A stretch of DNA of 64,000 nt from an uncultured Chloroflexia bacterium (GCA_963734535.1 CAVTHS010000006.1:32001-96000), one strand, 5' to 3'. Positions 31,918-43,900 are shown, counted from the stretch's first letter. Program-made: numbers and translations. The notes: generated by a model not told the origin, from the sequence alone.

Positions 31918-32916
31918 ATGAAGAAGCTCATCAACACCCCGGAGCGCGAGGTCGACGAGGCGCTCGCCGGTATGGCAGCGGCCCACCCTGACCTGCTCCG
32001 CGTCGAGGAGCCCAACATCATCGTCCGCAAGGACGCGCCCCGACCCGGCAAGGTCGGCGTCATCTCCGGCGGTGGCTCGGGCCACGAGCCGATGCACGGC
32101 GGCTTCGTCGGGCTCGGCATGCTGGATGCGGCCTGCCCGGGCGCGGTCTTCACCTCGCCCGTGCCGGAGCAGATGCTCGCCGCAACCAAGGCGGTGAACG
32201 GTGGCGCCGGGGTCCTTCACATCGTGAAGAACTACACCGGCGACATCATGAACTTCGAGATCGCCGCGGAGATGGCGCAGGCGGAAGGGATCGAGGTCGC
32301 CTCGGTCGTGATCGCCGACGACGTCGCCGTGAAGGACTCGCTCTACACCGCGGGTCGCCGCGGCGTCGGCGGCACCGTGCTCGCCGAGAAGATCGTCGGA
32401 GCCGCCGCCGAGGCGGGCGCCGACCTCAAGACCGTCACCGCCCTCTGCCAGAAGGTCCAGGACAACGTCCGGTCGATGGGCATGGCCCTGACCTCCTGCA
32501 CCGTGCCGGCTGCCGGCAAGCCCACGTTCGACATCTCCGACTCGGAGATGGAGATCGGGGTCGGGATCCATGGCGAGCCCGGGCGGCGCCGCGAGGCGCT
32601 CCGGCCGGCCGACGAGATCGTCGAGATGCTCGTCACCCCGATCCTGGAGGAGGGCATCTTCGGCAGCGGCGACCGCGTCCTCGCGTTCGTCAACGGCATG
32701 GGTGGCACGCCGCTCATCGAGCTCTACGTCGCCTACCGGAAGGTGAACGAGATCCTGACCGGCAAGGGCATCACGATCGCGCGCAACCTGGTCGGGAGCT
32801 ACATCACGTCGCTCGAGATGGCGGGCTTGTCGATCACGCTCCTCAAGCTCGACGACGAGCTGCTCCGATACTGGGACGCGCCGGTCAAGACACCCGGCCT
32901 GCGGTGGGGAGTCTGA
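31918..32916 (+). CDS. dhaK: Dihydroxyacetone kinase subunit DhaK
   Basis: [32 protein letters not shown]. Confidence 0.97.
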   Translation: MKKLINTPEREVDEALAGMAAAHPDLLRVEEPNIIVRKDAPRPGKVGVISGGGSGHEPMHGGFVGLGMLDAACPGAVFTSPVPEQMLAATKAVNGGAGVLHIVKNYTGDIMNFEIAAEMAQAEGIEVASVVIADDVAVKDSLYTAGRRGVGGTVLAEKIVGAAAEAGADLKTVTALCQKVQDNVRSMGMALTSCTVPAAGKPTFDISDSEMEIGVGIHGEPGRRREALRPADEIVEMLVTPILEEGIFGSGDRVLAFVNGMGGTPLIELYVAYRKVNEILTGKGITIARNLVGSYITSLEMAGLSITLLKLDDELLRYWDAPVKTPGLRWGV

Positions 32917-33545
32917 ACACCGTGATCTCGACAGGCGACTTCTCGCGGTTCCTCGAGACGTTCGCCGCCCGGATCCACGCCGCAAAGGAGGAGCTGACAC
33001 AGCTCGACTCCGCCATCGGCGACGCGGATCACGGGATCAACATGGACCGCGGGATGACCGCCATCGTGGAGCTCCTCCCCGGGCTCCGGGACGGCGATGC
33101 CGGGACCCTCTTCAAGCAGACCGGCATGAAGCTCATCTCGACGGTCGGCGGGGCCAGCGGCCCCCTGTACGGGACGTTCTTCCTTCGCCTGGGCACCGCG
33201 TTCGGCACGGCCACGGAGATCGGCCCCACCGAGCTTGCCGCAGGGTTCCGAGCCGGGCTGGAGGGCGTCATCGCCCGCGGCAAGGCCGGGCTCGACGACA
33301 AGACGATGGTCGATGCCATGGTTCCGGCCGTCGCCGCCCTCGAGGCGGGCATCGGGGATCTCCCGGCCGCCCTCGACGCCGCCGCCGTGGCGGCCGCCGC
33401 GGGTCGCGACCGGGTGACTCCGCTCGTGGCCCGGAAGGGTCGCGCGAGCTACCTCGGGGAACGATCCGCGGACCACCAGGATCCTGGGGCGACGAGCACC
33501 ACGATCCTCTTCGAATCCCTTCGCGACGCTTTGCGCGCCGGCTAG
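32904..33545 (+). CDS. dhaL: Dihydroxyacetone kinase subunit DhaL (canonical)
   Basis: [45 protein letters not shown]. Start may be 32922. Confidence 0.95.
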   Translation: MGSLNTVISTGDFSRFLETFAARIHAAKEELTQLDSAIGDADHGINMDRGMTAIVELLPGLRDGDAGTLFKQTGMKLISTVGGASGPLYGTFFLRLGTAFGTATEIGPTELAAGFRAGLEGVIARGKAGLDDKTMVDAMVPAVAALEAGIGDLPAALDAAAVAAAAGRDRVTPLVARKGRASYLGERSADHQDPGATSTTILFESLRDALRAG

Positions 33546-33583
33546 CGCCGGCGCGCGCCATCTAGATCCGTACGGAGAGAGAC

Positions 33584-35081
33584 ATGACAAAGTACGTCGG
33601 CGCGCTCGACCAGGGCACAACGAGCACCCGCTTCATGATCTTCGACCACGCCGGTGCCGTCGTGGCAGTCGATCAGAAAGAGCACGAGCAGATCTTCCCG
33701 AAGCCAGGCTGGGTCGAGCACGACCCGATGGAGATCTGGACCCGGTCGCAGGAGGTCATCAAGGGCGCTCTTGCCAAGGCCGGCATCACCGCCGCAGACC
33801 TCGCCGCGGTCGGCATCACGAACCAGCGCGAGACCGCGGTGGTCTGGGATCGCAAGACCGGCAAGCCGGTCTACAACGCGATCGTCTGGCAGGACACCCG
33901 GACCGACCAGATCTGCGCCGCCCTGGCCAAGGATGGCGGCTCGGATCGCCTTCGGCCGAAGACCGGCCTTCCGCTGGCGACCTACTTCTCCGGCCCCAAG
34001 ATCAAGTGGATCCTCGACAACGTCGAGGGTGCCCGGGCCAAGGCCGAGGCGGGCGACCTCCTCTTCGGCAACATCGACAGCCTGGTGCATCTGGAACCTG
34101 ACCGGCGGCACGTCGGGCGGCGTCCACATCACGGACGTCTCCAACGCGAGCCGGACCCTCCTCTTCAACTACACCACGCTCGACTGGGATCCCGAGATCC
34201 TCGCTCTCATGGGCATCCCGAAGTCGATGCTTCCGGCCGTCAAGGCCTCCTCCGAGGTCTACGGCACGGCCGTCGGCGACCTCGCCGGCGTCCCGGTCGC
34301 AGGCGACCTCGGCGACCAGCAGGCCGCCCTCTTCGGCCAGACGTGCTTCTCCCCAGGCGAGGCGAAGAACACGTACGGCACCGGCTGCTTCATGCTCCTC
34401 AACACGGGCACGAAGGCAGTTCCGTCGAAGAACGGCCTCCTCACGACCCTCGGCTACAAGATCGGCAACCAGCCGGCCGTGTACGCCCTCGAGGGTTCCA
34501 TCGCGATCACCGGCGCCCTCGTGCAGTGGCTCCGCGACAACCTCGGGATGATCGAGAAGTCCCCCGACATCGAGGCCCTGGCGGCCACGGTCGAGGACAA
34601 CGGCGGCGTCTACTTCGTCCCGGCGTTCAGCGGCCTCTTCGCGCCGTACTGGAAGAACTCTGCGCGCGGCGTCATCGCCGGCCTGACCCGGTACGTCAAC
34701 AAGGGCCACATCGCGCGTGCCGTCCTCGAGGCGACCGCGTGGCAGACCCGCGAGGTCCTCGACGCCATGAACGCCGACTCCGGCGTTCCGTTGACGGCCC
34801 TCAAGGTCGACGGCGGCATGGTCTTCAACGACCTGCTCATGCAGTTCCAGTCGGACGTCCTGGGCGTCCCGGTCATCCGCCCGAAGGTTGCCGAGACGAC
34901 GGCCCTCGGCGCGGCCTACGCCGCCGGCCTCGCGGTCGGTTACTGGGCAGAGGTCGAGGACCTTCGCGCCAACTGGGCCAAGGACAAGACCTGGGAGCCC
35001 AAGATGGACGCGGCGCTCCGCGACAAGGAGTACGCGCTCTGGAAGAAGGCCGTCACGCGGACCTTCGACTGGGCGGAGTAG
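33584..35081 (+). CDS. glpK: Glycerol kinase; apparent 1-nt frameshift near 34081
   Basis: [26 protein letters not shown], then [33 protein letters not shown]. Confidence 0.95.
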
Positions 35082-35099
35082 TCTCTCTCGCCTCACCAT

Positions 35100-35183
35100 C
35101 CGGGGCCTCTCGGCGGTGCCGGGGGGCCCCGGAACACGTCATCCGGAACACGTCATCCGGGCGCACCCGATCCGGGCGCCCGA
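35100..35183 (+). repeat. 15-bp-stem hairpin followed by 14-15-nt tandem repeats in the glpK-glpA spacer
   Basis: CCGGGGCCTCTCGGC-GGT-GCCGGGGGGCCCCGG; CCGGAACACGTCAT at 35129 and 35143, then two degenerate CCGGGCGC copies. Confidence 0.6.
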
Positions 35184-35260
35184 CCACGGAGCGGCCCGCC
35201 AGGGGCCCGGCCGGCAGGATCACGCAGGACACGACAGGGGACCAGAGCGAGGTGAGCAGG

Positions 35261-36892
35261 ATGGGTGAGGCACACGCCTACGACGTCCTCGTCGTCGGCG
35301 GGGGTGCGACCGGGGCCGGGGTGCTCCGGGACCTGGCGCGACGTGGCCTGCGCACCCTTCTCGTGGAGCGCGGCGACTACGGCACCGGCACGACGGGCCG
35401 ATACCACGGCCTCCTGCACTCCGGGGGCCGATACGTCGCCAAGGACGCGCTCGCCGCGCGGGAGTGCATCTCGGAGAACCGGATCCTTCGACGCATCGCC
35501 CCGGCGAGCATCGAGGATACCGGCGGCTACTTCGTCGCCACGCCGAACGACCCGGACGACTACGTCGCCGGCTTCCAGGCGGCCTGCATCGCCGCCGACG
35601 TCGATTGCGAGGAGATCCCGGTCGCCGAGGCGCTCCGCCGCGAGCCGGCGCTCAACCCGCGCATCCGTCGCGTCTTCAAGCTGCCGGACGGCTCGGTCGA
35701 GCCCTGGCAGCTCATCGAGTCCAACATCGCCGACGCGCGCGTCCACGGCAGCGACGCCTGGTCCTACCAGCGCCTGGTGAGCATGGAGCGCGACGGCGCC
35801 CGGATCGTGGCGGCAACGCTCCGCGACGAGCGCTCGGGGAGCCTGACGCGCATCACGCCCCGGTTCGTGGTCTCGTGCGCAGGCGCCTGGTCCGGCCAGA
35901 TCGCGGCGATGGTGAACGTCACGGTGACGATGCACCCGGGCAAGGGCACGATGCTCATCTTCAACCAGCGGATGACCGACACGGTGGTCAACCGCTGCCA
36001 CAAGTCCTCCGATGGCGACATCATGGTGCCCGTCCATACCGTCGCGATCCTCGGGACCACCGAGCAGCGCGTGGAGGACCCCGATCGGTACGAGATCACC
36101 CGCGAGGAGGTTGCCGCGCTGATCGCCCAGGGCGAGGTGCTCTTCCCCGACCTCGCGAAGATGCGGCTGCTGCGCGCCTACGCCGGCGTGCGCCCGCTCT
36201 ACCAGCCGCCCGCCGAGGTGACCGCCGCCGCGCTCAAGGACGGCCGCCAGATCTCCCGTGCGCACACGGTCCTCGACCACGGCGCGATGGACGGCGTCGA
36301 GAACTTCGTCACGATCGTGGGCGGCAAGCTGACCACGTTCCGCAGGATGGCCGAGGACACGGTCGACATGGTGTGCGGCAAGCTCGGCGTCACCGAGCCG
36401 TGCACCACGGCCGACGAGATCCTGCCCGGCCAGGTCCCCGGCAAGACGTACTGGCTGGGCCACCGGCTGGCCGATCACGAGGCGGAGGGCGGCGGGGACG
36501 CCGCGCTCCTCTGCGAGTGCGAGTTCGTCACGCGTCCGCAGCTCGACGCCTTCCTTGACCGCCATCCCGACGCCTCGCTCGACGACGTCCGTCGGGGCAC
36601 CCGGGTCGGGATGGGGCCGTGCCAGGGAGGCTTCTGCACGTTCCGGGCCGCGGGCGTGGTGGGCGAGCGGGCCGGGCATGCCGGGGCGACCGATGTCGCC
36701 GAACAGGCCGACCGTGCGATCCTCGGGTTCCTCCGCGAGCGTTTCAAGGGCACGCGGCCGATCGCGGCGGGCCGCCAGCTGCAGGAGCAATGGATGATCT
36801 CCGGGGTCTACGAGGGTGGGCTGGGGGTCGAATCCCTGATCGAGCACGAGACGCCCGAAGCGTCCCGGGAGGTGGTCGGTGCCCAGCGCTGA
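35261..36892 (+). CDS. glpA: Anaerobic glycerol-3-phosphate dehydrogenase subunit A
   Basis: [31 protein letters not shown]-terminal CECE...[10 protein letters not shown]. Confidence 0.94.
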   Translation: MGEAHAYDVLVVGGGATGAGVLRDLARRGLRTLLVERGDYGTGTTGRYHGLLHSGGRYVAKDALAARECISENRILRRIAPASIEDTGGYFVATPNDPDDYVAGFQAACIAADVDCEEIPVAEALRREPALNPRIRRVFKLPDGSVEPWQLIESNIADARVHGSDAWSYQRLVSMERDGARIVAATLRDERSGSLTRITPRFVVSCAGAWSGQIAAMVNVTVTMHPGKGTMLIFNQRMTDTVVNRCHKSSDGDIMVPVHTVAILGTTEQRVEDPDRYEITREEVAALIAQGEVLFPDLAKMRLLRAYAGVRPLYQPPAEVTAAALKDGRQISRAHTVLDHGAMDGVENFVTIVGGKLTTFRRMAEDTVDMVCGKLGVTEPCTTADEILPGQVPGKTYWLGHRLADHEAEGGGDAALLCECEFVTRPQLDAFLDRHPDASLDDVRRGTRVGMGPCQGGFCTFRAAGVVGERAGHAGATDVAEQADRAILGFLRERFKGTRPIAAGRQLQEQWMISGVYEGGLGVESLIEHETPEASREVVGAQR

Positions 36893-38201
36893 CGTCGTCG
36901 TCATCGGGGCCGGCCTCGCCGGGCTGACGGCAGCCATCGCGGCGGCCGAGTCCGGCGCGCACGTCGTCGTCCTGGCCAGGGGCCACGCCGCCACGCACTG
37001 GGGGCCGGGCGGGATCGACGTCGCCGGGATCCCGGCCGCGTCCACGCCCCGTGACGGGATCCGCCTCCTCGCGAGCCAGCCCGGCCACCCGTACGGCTTC
37101 CTGGGCGACGACGTCGCCGCGGCGCTCGACTGGCTCCGGCCGCACCTGGCGGCCGGCGGGGTCGACTACGTTGGTGACCTCGACACGCCTCTCCAGGCCG
37201 TGCCGACCTCCATCGGCGGGACGCGCCGCGCGGCCATCCTGCCGGCGGGCCAGGCGGCGGCGCTCTCGCCGTGGGCGCCGGGCGAGCGCCTCCTCGTGTG
37301 TGGCATCGCCGGTTTCAAGGATTTCTGGCCAGAGGCGATCGCCGCCAGCCTGTCGCGGGAGCGGATCTGGCAGGGCGGCAGCCGGCCGGCGTCGGTGACG
37401 CCGATCAGCGTGGCGCTCCCCGGGCTCGCCGCCCGGCACAACCTCAACGCCCTCGAGATCGCTCGGCGCTTCGACGACCCCGCGTGGCGCGCGACTGCGA
37501 TCGCCGCGCTGGCGCGGGCCCTCGCGGCCGTACCCGGGTCGGGTGGCCGCGTCGCCCTGCCGGCCGTCCTCGGGATCCGCGACCACGCGGCGGTCCTCGC
37601 GGCGGTTCAGGAGCACCTTCCGGCCGCGCCATTCGAGATGCCGCTCGTCCCTCCCAGCGTGCCGGGGATGCGCCTGTACGCGGCCCTCCGGGCGGCGCTG
37701 ATCCGGGCCGGCGGACGCGTCCAGGTCGGCGAGATCATCGAGCACGTCGAGCACGACGGTCATCGCGTCACGGCCGTCGTGGCCGCGGCCGCGGCCCGCA
37801 CGTACACCGTGCGGACCGGCGCCCTGGTCCTCGCCACCGGCGGGATCGCGGGTGGCGGCCTCGTCGCGGAGCGCGACGGGCGGCTCATGGAGGTCGTCCT
37901 GGGGCTCCCCGTGGAGGCGCCGCCGGTGGACGAGTGGCTCGCCCTCGACGCGTTCGACCCGGCGGGCCATCCGCTGGAGAAGGCGGGGATTCGCACCGAC
38001 ACCGAGCTGCGGCCCGTCGGCGCCGACGGGGTGCCCGTGTTCGACAACGTCCGCGTGGCCGGCAGCCTCCTCGCCGGCCAGCGATCTATCGGGGAACGTT
38101 GCGGCGACGGCGTCGCGCTCACCAGTGGACGACGGGCGGCGCGATCGCTGACCGCCGTCCCGGCCGGGCATGCCGCCAAGCCGGGGAGCAAGCGACCGTG
38201 A
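36879..38201 (+). CDS. glpB: Anaerobic glycerol-3-phosphate dehydrogenase subunit B
   Basis: [28 protein letters not shown]...GGL; lies between glpA and glpC. Confidence 0.92.
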   Translation: MPSADVVVIGAGLAGLTAAIAAAESGAHVVVLARGHAATHWGPGGIDVAGIPAASTPRDGIRLLASQPGHPYGFLGDDVAAALDWLRPHLAAGGVDYVGDLDTPLQAVPTSIGGTRRAAILPAGQAAALSPWAPGERLLVCGIAGFKDFWPEAIAASLSRERIWQGGSRPASVTPISVALPGLAARHNLNALEIARRFDDPAWRATAIAALARALAAVPGSGGRVALPAVLGIRDHAAVLAAVQEHLPAAPFEMPLVPPSVPGMRLYAALRAALIRAGGRVQVGEIIEHVEHDGHRVTAVVAAAAARTYTVRTGALVLATGGIAGGGLVAERDGRLMEVVLGLPVEAPPVDEWLALDAFDPAGHPLEKAGIRTDTELRPVGADGVPVFDNVRVAGSLLAGQRSIGERCGDGVALTSGRRAARSLTAVPAGHAAKPGSKRP

Positions 38202-39538
38202 CGATCGCCGAGCTGATCATGGATGCCTCGGAAGAGGCCGTCGGGTACACGTCCGACGAGTGTCTCAAGTGCAACGTCTGCCTCACCGTCTGCCCCGTCG
38301 CCCGTGTCACCGACCTGTTCCCCGGACCGAAATACGTCGGTCCGCAGGCCCAGCGATTCCGGACGGGCCGGGCGCAGCCCGTCCAGGTGCCAGGCACCCC
38401 GATCGCGCTCTCTCCCGACGTGACGGTCGACTACTGCTCGGGCTGTGGCTGGTGCACGACTGCCTGCCCGGCCGGCGTGAAGATCGCCGAGATGAACAGC
38501 CAGTCCCGCGCGCGGATGAAGGCCGGCAAGCGCCCGAAGCTCCGCGACTGGGGCCTGGGCCAGACGGACCTCGTCGGTCGCGTGGGAGTGCTCTTCTCGC
38601 CGATCTCCAACTGGGCGCTCGCGAACCGGCCGATACGGGCCATCATGGAGACGACGGTCGGCATCCATCGCGAGGCACCGTTCCCGAAGTTCGGCCGCCG
38701 GACGCTCCAGGCCACCTGGAAGCGCCGCCAGAAGCGGCGCGGCACGGCCGCCGTGCCCGGTCCCGACAAGGCCGTCGTCTACTTCCACGGATGCTCCGCG
38801 AACTACTACGAGCAGCACGTGGCCGATGCCGCGATCGAGATCCTGAAGCGCAACGGCTTCGAGACGATCATCCCGGAGCAGGTCTGCTGCGGCCTGCCGC
38901 TCATCAGCAACGGGATCTACACCGAGGCCCGCCAGCGGGCGCACAAGAACCTCGACGTGCTGGCTCGCTACGCACGCCAGGGCTACCGGATCGTCGGAAC
39001 GTCCACCTCCTGCACGCACACGATCAAGGCCGAGTACCGGGAGATGCTCGACATCCACGAGGACGACGCGTCGCTCGTGGCCAACGCGACGTGGGACATC
39101 TGCGAGTTCCTCCTCGACCTCCACGAGCAGGGCAGGCTCGACACCCGATTCGGCCGGCTCGACGAGGATCTTCCGTACCACGCCCCGTGCCAGCTGCGCT
39201 CCCACGGGATCGGGCTTCCCGCCATGGACCTCTTCGCGCTCGTGCCCGGGCTCCGGGCCGCCGACATGGACCATGACTGCTGCGGGATCGCGGGCACGTA
39301 CGGAATGAAGAAGGAGAAGTACCCGATCGGGATGGCAGTCGGTGCCCCGCTCTTCGACAAGATCAGGGCCAGCGGCGCCGCCGAGGCCGCGTGCGACTCG
39401 GAGACGTGTCGCTGGCAGATCGAGAAGGCGACCGGGACGCGAACGCGACATCCCATCGAGATTCTCCTGCAGGCCTATCGCGCCGGGGACGCGGAGTCCC
39501 GGAAGCGGAACGGGCAGCCCGCCGCCGGAGACGCGTGA
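38198..39538 (+). CDS. glpC: Anaerobic glycerol-3-phosphate dehydrogenase subunit C (Fe-S/CCG domains)
   Basis: CLKCNVCLTVCP, CSGCGWCTTACP, YFHGC, two CCG motifs, CRWQI. Confidence 0.94.
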   Translation: MTIAELIMDASEEAVGYTSDECLKCNVCLTVCPVARVTDLFPGPKYVGPQAQRFRTGRAQPVQVPGTPIALSPDVTVDYCSGCGWCTTACPAGVKIAEMNSQSRARMKAGKRPKLRDWGLGQTDLVGRVGVLFSPISNWALANRPIRAIMETTVGIHREAPFPKFGRRTLQATWKRRQKRRGTAAVPGPDKAVVYFHGCSANYYEQHVADAAIEILKRNGFETIIPEQVCCGLPLISNGIYTEARQRAHKNLDVLARYARQGYRIVGTSTSCTHTIKAEYREMLDIHEDDASLVANATWDICEFLLDLHEQGRLDTRFGRLDEDLPYHAPCQLRSHGIGLPAMDLFALVPGLRAADMDHDCCGIAGTYGMKKEKYPIGMAVGAPLFDKIRASGAAEAACDSETCRWQIEKATGTRTRHPIEILLQAYRAGDAESRKRNGQPAAGDA

Positions 39539-39543
39539 CGCCG

Positions 39544-39969
39544 ATGGGGGACGACGGGATCACCGAGCGGCTCGTCGGGCTGGTCATCGTCTCGCACTCG
39601 TCGAAGGTCGCCGACGGCACCGTCGAGCTGGCCGCCCAGATGGCCGGCGACGACGTCCGGATCGTCGCCGCGGGCGGCCTGGCGGACGGCGCGATCGGGA
39701 CCGACGCCACCCGGATCGCGGCCGCCATCCAGGCGGCTGACGCGGGCGCAGGGGTCGTGGTCATGACCGACCTCGGGAGCGCCGTCCTCTCCGCGTCGAC
39801 GGCGCTCGAGATGCTCGACGCGGAGCAGGCGGCCCGCGTCCGCCTGAGCCGCGGCCCCGTGGTCGAGGGTTCGATCGTTGCCGCGATCCAGGCCAGCGTC
39901 GGCGACACCCTCGAGGTCGTCGTCGAGACCGCGGACGCGATGCTGGCGCACGACAAGCTCGCTGGGTGA
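39544..39969 (+). CDS. dhaM: DhaM (EIIA-only), paralog 2
   Basis: VGLVIVSHS, AAGG..DGAIGT, DLGSAVLS, PVVEG. Confidence 0.92.
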   Translation: MGDDGITERLVGLVIVSHSSKVADGTVELAAQMAGDDVRIVAAGGLADGAIGTDATRIAAAIQAADAGAGVVVMTDLGSAVLSASTALEMLDAEQAARVRLSRGPVVEGSIVAAIQASVGDTLEVVVETADAMLAHDKLAG

Positions 39970-41027
39970 CCGTTCCCGCACCGGCGGCGCGGGCCACGAG
40001 CGCCGGGGTCGTCGTCATCGGCGGCGGCGCCGTGGGATCGTTCGTCGGGTCGCTCATCGCGGGCGCGGGCGTCCGCGTCACGCTCGTGGACAGGCCCGGG
40101 AGCGATGCCCGGGGTCCGGCGGAGATCGCCGTCCGGACGCCCGATGGCGGGGTTCGGCGCGCCAGCGTCGAGCGCTCGGACGGAACCGCCGGCCTGGAGC
40201 GCCCGGGCTTCATCGTGCTGGCCGTGAAGATGCCCGACCTGCGCGCGGCGGTCGAGGCCTGCGGGGCATGGCCCGACGTCGCCGTGGTCACGCTCCAGAA
40301 CGGGCTGGGCGCCGAGGAGCTCGTCGCGTCGGCGCGCGCGGAGGCGCCCCTCCTGGCGGCATCGCTCACGGCCCCGATCGAACGCGAGGCCGACGGCACG
40401 CTCGCCTGGCGGAAACGCCGCGGGATCGCCTTCGGCCGCGTCCGCGGCGAGACGGCCGCGGTCGAGGCCGCGCTCCGGGGCGCGCTCGACGCCGGCGGCC
40501 TTGCCGTCGCGGCCATTCGCGACTGGCGCGCCATGAAGTGGTCGAAGCTGCTCACGAACATCGTGGCGAACGCCGTCCCGGCCCTGCTCGACCTGGGGGC
40601 GGACGCCGTCTACGCGGACCGGCGTCTCTTCGAGATCGAACGCTCCCAGGTCCTCGAGTCTCTCCGGGTGATGCGGGCGCTGGGGTTGTCGCCCGTGGCG
40701 CTGCCGGGCGCAGACGTGCGGATGCTGGCGCTCGGGTTCCGCCTGCCCGGCGTGATCGCGCGACCCGTCATCGGACGGGTGGTCGCCGGGGCGCGCGGCG
40801 GGAAGTCGCCATCGCTGCTGCAGCACCTGCGCGCGGGCGGCGGGGCCTCGGAATCCCCCTGGCTGAACGGCGGTGTGGCACGTGCCGGCGCTGAGTCCGG
40901 TGTGCCGACGCCGGTGAACGCGGCGCTCGCCGCCCTGATGGAGGCGGCCGCGGCGGACCCCGCGGCATGGGCTCGGACCCGGGGCCGGCCCGACGCGCTC
41001 CTGGCGGCGGTCGCCCACGGGCGATGA
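39966..41027 (+). CDS. Ketopantoate reductase family protein
   Basis: IGGGAVG Rossmann motif, LAVK, LQNGLG, KWSKLLTN, PTPVN. Confidence 0.82.
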   Translation: MTVPAPAARATSAGVVVIGGGAVGSFVGSLIAGAGVRVTLVDRPGSDARGPAEIAVRTPDGGVRRASVERSDGTAGLERPGFIVLAVKMPDLRAAVEACGAWPDVAVVTLQNGLGAEELVASARAEAPLLAASLTAPIEREADGTLAWRKRRGIAFGRVRGETAAVEAALRGALDAGGLAVAAIRDWRAMKWSKLLTNIVANAVPALLDLGADAVYADRRLFEIERSQVLESLRVMRALGLSPVALPGADVRMLALGFRLPGVIARPVIGRVVAGARGGKSPSLLQHLRAGGGASESPWLNGGVARAGAESGVPTPVNAALAALMEAAAADPAAWARTRGRPDALLAAVAHGR

Positions 41028-41135
41028 CGCAGCGAGACGCCTGGGGGCACGACGGCCCTGCAAGCGTGCTGCGGCCCGCCCCGGTTCGCGTGGATCGCCG
41101 GTCCACGTCCGCCGTCGCGACCCGATAATGCCGGT

Positions 41136-41756
41136 GTGGAGCCCGGACCTGCCCTCGCCGCCGTCGTCACGGCTGCCGCCGCGTACTTCATCGGCGGGAT
41201 CCCGTTCGGGATCGTGGTTGCGCGCCTGGTGGGTGGACGTGATCCGCGCAGCGTGGGCAGCGGCCGGACGGGCGGCGCCAACACGCTGCGGGCCATCGGG
41301 CCGCGCTGGGCCCTCGTGGCCGGGCTTCTCGATGCCGGGAAGGGGAGCGTCGCCGTTCTCGTCCCGCGGCTGCTCGGGTTCGGGCCGGCGCTCGAGGTGC
41401 TCGGGGCGCTCGTGGCGATCGTCGGCCACAGCCGCTCGCCGTACATCGGCTTCGGCGGCGGACGCGGCGTCTCGGTCGCCTGGGGAACCCTCGTCGTCAT
41501 CCAGCCCGTGGCCGCCGCCGCGATCGTCCCGGTCTTCGTCGCCGTCATCCTCGTCACGCGGATCTCGTCGCTGGGCTCGCTCATCGGATCGCTGTTCGGC
41601 GCAGTCCTCGTGATCGGGCTCGCCTGGCTGCAGGGCCTGCCACCGGTCTATGACGTGTATGCGGCCGGGTCCGTCGCGCTCATCTGGATCTTCCACCACG
41701 ACAACATCGCGCGGCTGCTCGCCGGCACCGAGCGCCGGATCGACCGGGGTTCCTGA
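41136..41756 (+). CDS. plsY: Glycerol-3-phosphate acyltransferase PlsY
   Basis: [46 protein letters not shown]. Confidence 0.92.
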   Translation: MEPGPALAAVVTAAAAYFIGGIPFGIVVARLVGGRDPRSVGSGRTGGANTLRAIGPRWALVAGLLDAGKGSVAVLVPRLLGFGPALEVLGALVAIVGHSRSPYIGFGGGRGVSVAWGTLVVIQPVAAAAIVPVFVAVILVTRISSLGSLIGSLFGAVLVIGLAWLQGLPPVYDVYAAGSVALIWIFHHDNIARLLAGTERRIDRGS

Positions 41757-41916
41757 CGCCGATTGTTGCCGCGGGACATCGGGCTTCCGGCCGATGCGCC
41801 TCGCGTGGAGCCCGGGCGGGTGCGGCGCTGCGGTAGACTCTCGGCGGGCCCTCTTCCTCGTTCCATCCGCACCCGCGACCGTGCCCGCGCCGCGCCTTCG
41901 GAGGTTCCCTGCAGCA

Positions 41917-42438
41917 ATGACGCCGGACGAGCTCCGCGCGAAGATTCGCGAGATCCCGGACTTCCCGAAGCCGGGCATCCTCTTCTACGACATCACCACG
42001 CTCCTCAAGGATCCCGTGGCCTACCGGGCGGCGATCGACGCGATGCTCGCGCCGTACAGGGGCATGTCGATCGACATCGTTGTCGGGATGGAGTCGCGCG
42101 GCTTCATCTTCTCCGCTCCGCTCGCATACCAGCTCGGGGCCGGCCTCGTGCCGGTGCGGAAGCTCGGCAAGCTGCCCGCGGAGACCATCAGCGTCGAGTA
42201 CGCGCTCGAGTACGGGTCCAACACGCTCGAGGTCCACCGCGACGCGATCGAGCCCGGCCAGAAGGTCCTGATCGTGGACGACCTGCTTGCCACGGGCGGC
42301 ACGGTCAACGGGACGGTCGAGCTGGTCCAGCGCCTGAAAGGGGAGATCGCCGGGCTCGCGTTCCTCGTGGAGCTCGGCTTCCTCAAGGGCCGCTCCCGGC
42401 TCGCCGGGCACCCGGTCTCCTCCGTCATCACCTACTGA
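41917..42438 (+). CDS. apt: Adenine phosphoribosyltransferase
   Basis: [42 protein letters not shown]. Confidence 0.97.
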   Translation: MTPDELRAKIREIPDFPKPGILFYDITTLLKDPVAYRAAIDAMLAPYRGMSIDIVVGMESRGFIFSAPLAYQLGAGLVPVRKLGKLPAETISVEYALEYGSNTLEVHRDAIEPGQKVLIVDDLLATGGTVNGTVELVQRLKGEIAGLAFLVELGFLKGRSRLAGHPVSSVITY

Positions 42439-42463
42439 CGCGGGCCCGGGCAGGGACGGGTCG

Positions 42464-43900
42464 TTGACCGACGAGCGACGCCAGGCGTCCCAGCCCGCCG
42501 CGCCCGAAGCCACCAGTCCGGCGGAGGCCACCGGTCCGGCCGATCTCGACGAGGCGAAGCGGCTCGCTCGCCGGCGCTTCTTCCGATCCTTCGCCGCCGA
42601 CGCGATGAAGACCGCGGCCACCGTCGTGGGAGCGGCCGGCGCACTGCGCGAGAGCTCGGCCGGGATGGCAAGCGTGCTCCTTGGGACTGCCGACGCAGCG
42701 GCCGAGCCGGTCGGCCCGATCGTGACTGCCGCGCCGGGAGGGTCGGCCGGGACGTGGCGGAGCGCGTTCCGGTTGGAGCCGGAGCAGGTCGTGCTCCTGG
42801 ACCAGCGGCGCCTGCCCGACGAGCTGGTCGAGGTCGGCTGTCTGTCGGGGGCGGACGTCGCGCAGGCGATCCGCGAATCCGTCGTCCGCGGCGCTCCGCT
42901 GCTCGGCCAGCTGGCCGCGTGCGGCCTGGCCCTCACGGCGCAACGGTCGCTCCTCGCGTCCCCGTTCGCGCGGCGCGCCATCCTCGTCGGGACCGCGAAT
43001 GCACTGCGGAACGCCGCCCCGAACGCAGCGCCCGTCCGAAACGCGATGGATCGGATGCTGGCCCGGCTCGCGGAGGTCGGCAACCTGGACGCAGACGGTG
43101 CGACCATTGCCGCCGCGCTGCGCGACGAGGCCGATACGATCGTCGGAGAGGCGGTCTCGGCACACGCGCGGCTGGCCGCGCACGGCGCGGCACTCCTCGC
43201 CACCGATGCGCGAACGGCGGCCCCGGGGACGCTCCGCGTCCTGACGATCGGCAGCACCGGCGAGCTTGCCGGGGGGCAGATCGGCACGGCGCTCGCGATC
43301 GTGCGCGCGATCCGCGACGAAGGCCGGGAGGTGCAGGTCCTCGTCGCCGAGACCCGGCCGTGGCTGGCGGGCGCCCGGCTGGTCACCTGGGAGCTGGGGC
43401 AGGCCGGGATTGCCTGCGCGCTCGTCGCCGACGGGGCAGCGAGCGGGATGCTCGCGCGCGGCGAGGCGGACGCCGTCCTTGTCGGCGCGGAGTCGATCGC
43501 CGGCAACGGTGACGTCGCGTGCGACCCGGGCTGCTACGGGTTGGCGGTCGTCGCCGAGCGGCACGCCATCCCGTTCCTCGTCGCGGCGCCGCTCACGACC
43601 TGCGACCGCGAGGCGCTCGACGGGAGGACGCTTCGGGCGGAGCTGCGCCCCGCTTCGGAGCTGCTCTCGTTCGGCGGTCGGCAGATCGCGCCGGAGGGCA
43701 CGGCGGCCGTCAATCCATCCGTCGACATCGTCCCTGCGTCGCTCGTGTCGGCGATCGTGACCGAGGCCGGGGCCTTCCGGGCACCGTATGGCACGGTGCT
43801 GGACGATGCGGCCGCGGCGGCCGGGGTGCGTGCCGCCACGAACACGGACCGCGAGAGCGCCGCTGCCGGACCCGCGGACGCACCCGGGCAAGGGGCCTGA
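42464..43900 (+). CDS. MtnA/eIF2B-family protein with degenerate active site and N-terminal extension
   Basis: [29 protein letters not shown] and NP..DI.P are kept; catalytic motifs are altered (see findings). Confidence 0.82.
   Translation: MTDERRQASQPAAPEATSPAEATGPADLDEAKRLARRRFFRSFAADAMKTAATVVGAAGALRESSAGMASVLLGTADAAAEPVGPIVTAAPGGSAGTWRSAFRLEPEQVVLLDQRRLPDELVEVGCLSGADVAQAIRESVVRGAPLLGQLAACGLALTAQRSLLASPFARRAILVGTANALRNAAPNAAPVRNAMDRMLARLAEVGNLDADGATIAAALRDEADTIVGEAVSAHARLAAHGAALLATDARTAAPGTLRVLTIGSTGELAGGQIGTALAIVRAIRDEGREVQVLVAETRPWLAGARLVTWELGQAGIACALVADGAASGMLARGEADAVLVGAESIAGNGDVACDPGCYGLAVVAERHAIPFLVAAPLTTCDREALDGRTLRAELRPASELLSFGGRQIAPEGTAAVNPSVDIVPASLVSAIVTEAGAFRAPYGTVLDDAAAAAGVRAATNTDRESAAAGPADAPGQGA

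Noticed and set aside
34075-34090. Programmed frameshifting in glpK, prmA or ybeY
   Set aside because: No slippery heptamers or stimulatory structures; similar indels occur in many unrelated genes, so error is more likely.
33584-36892. Apparent 1102-aa GlpK-GlpA fusion ORF
   Set aside because: Produced by the glpK frameshift near 34081; the middle is off-frame, and glpK has its own stop (35081) while glpA has its own start (35261).
42570-42660. Tat signal peptide on the MtnA-like protein (RRRFF)
   Set aside because: Following region is only weakly hydrophobic and contains charged residues; export cannot be supported without a predictor.
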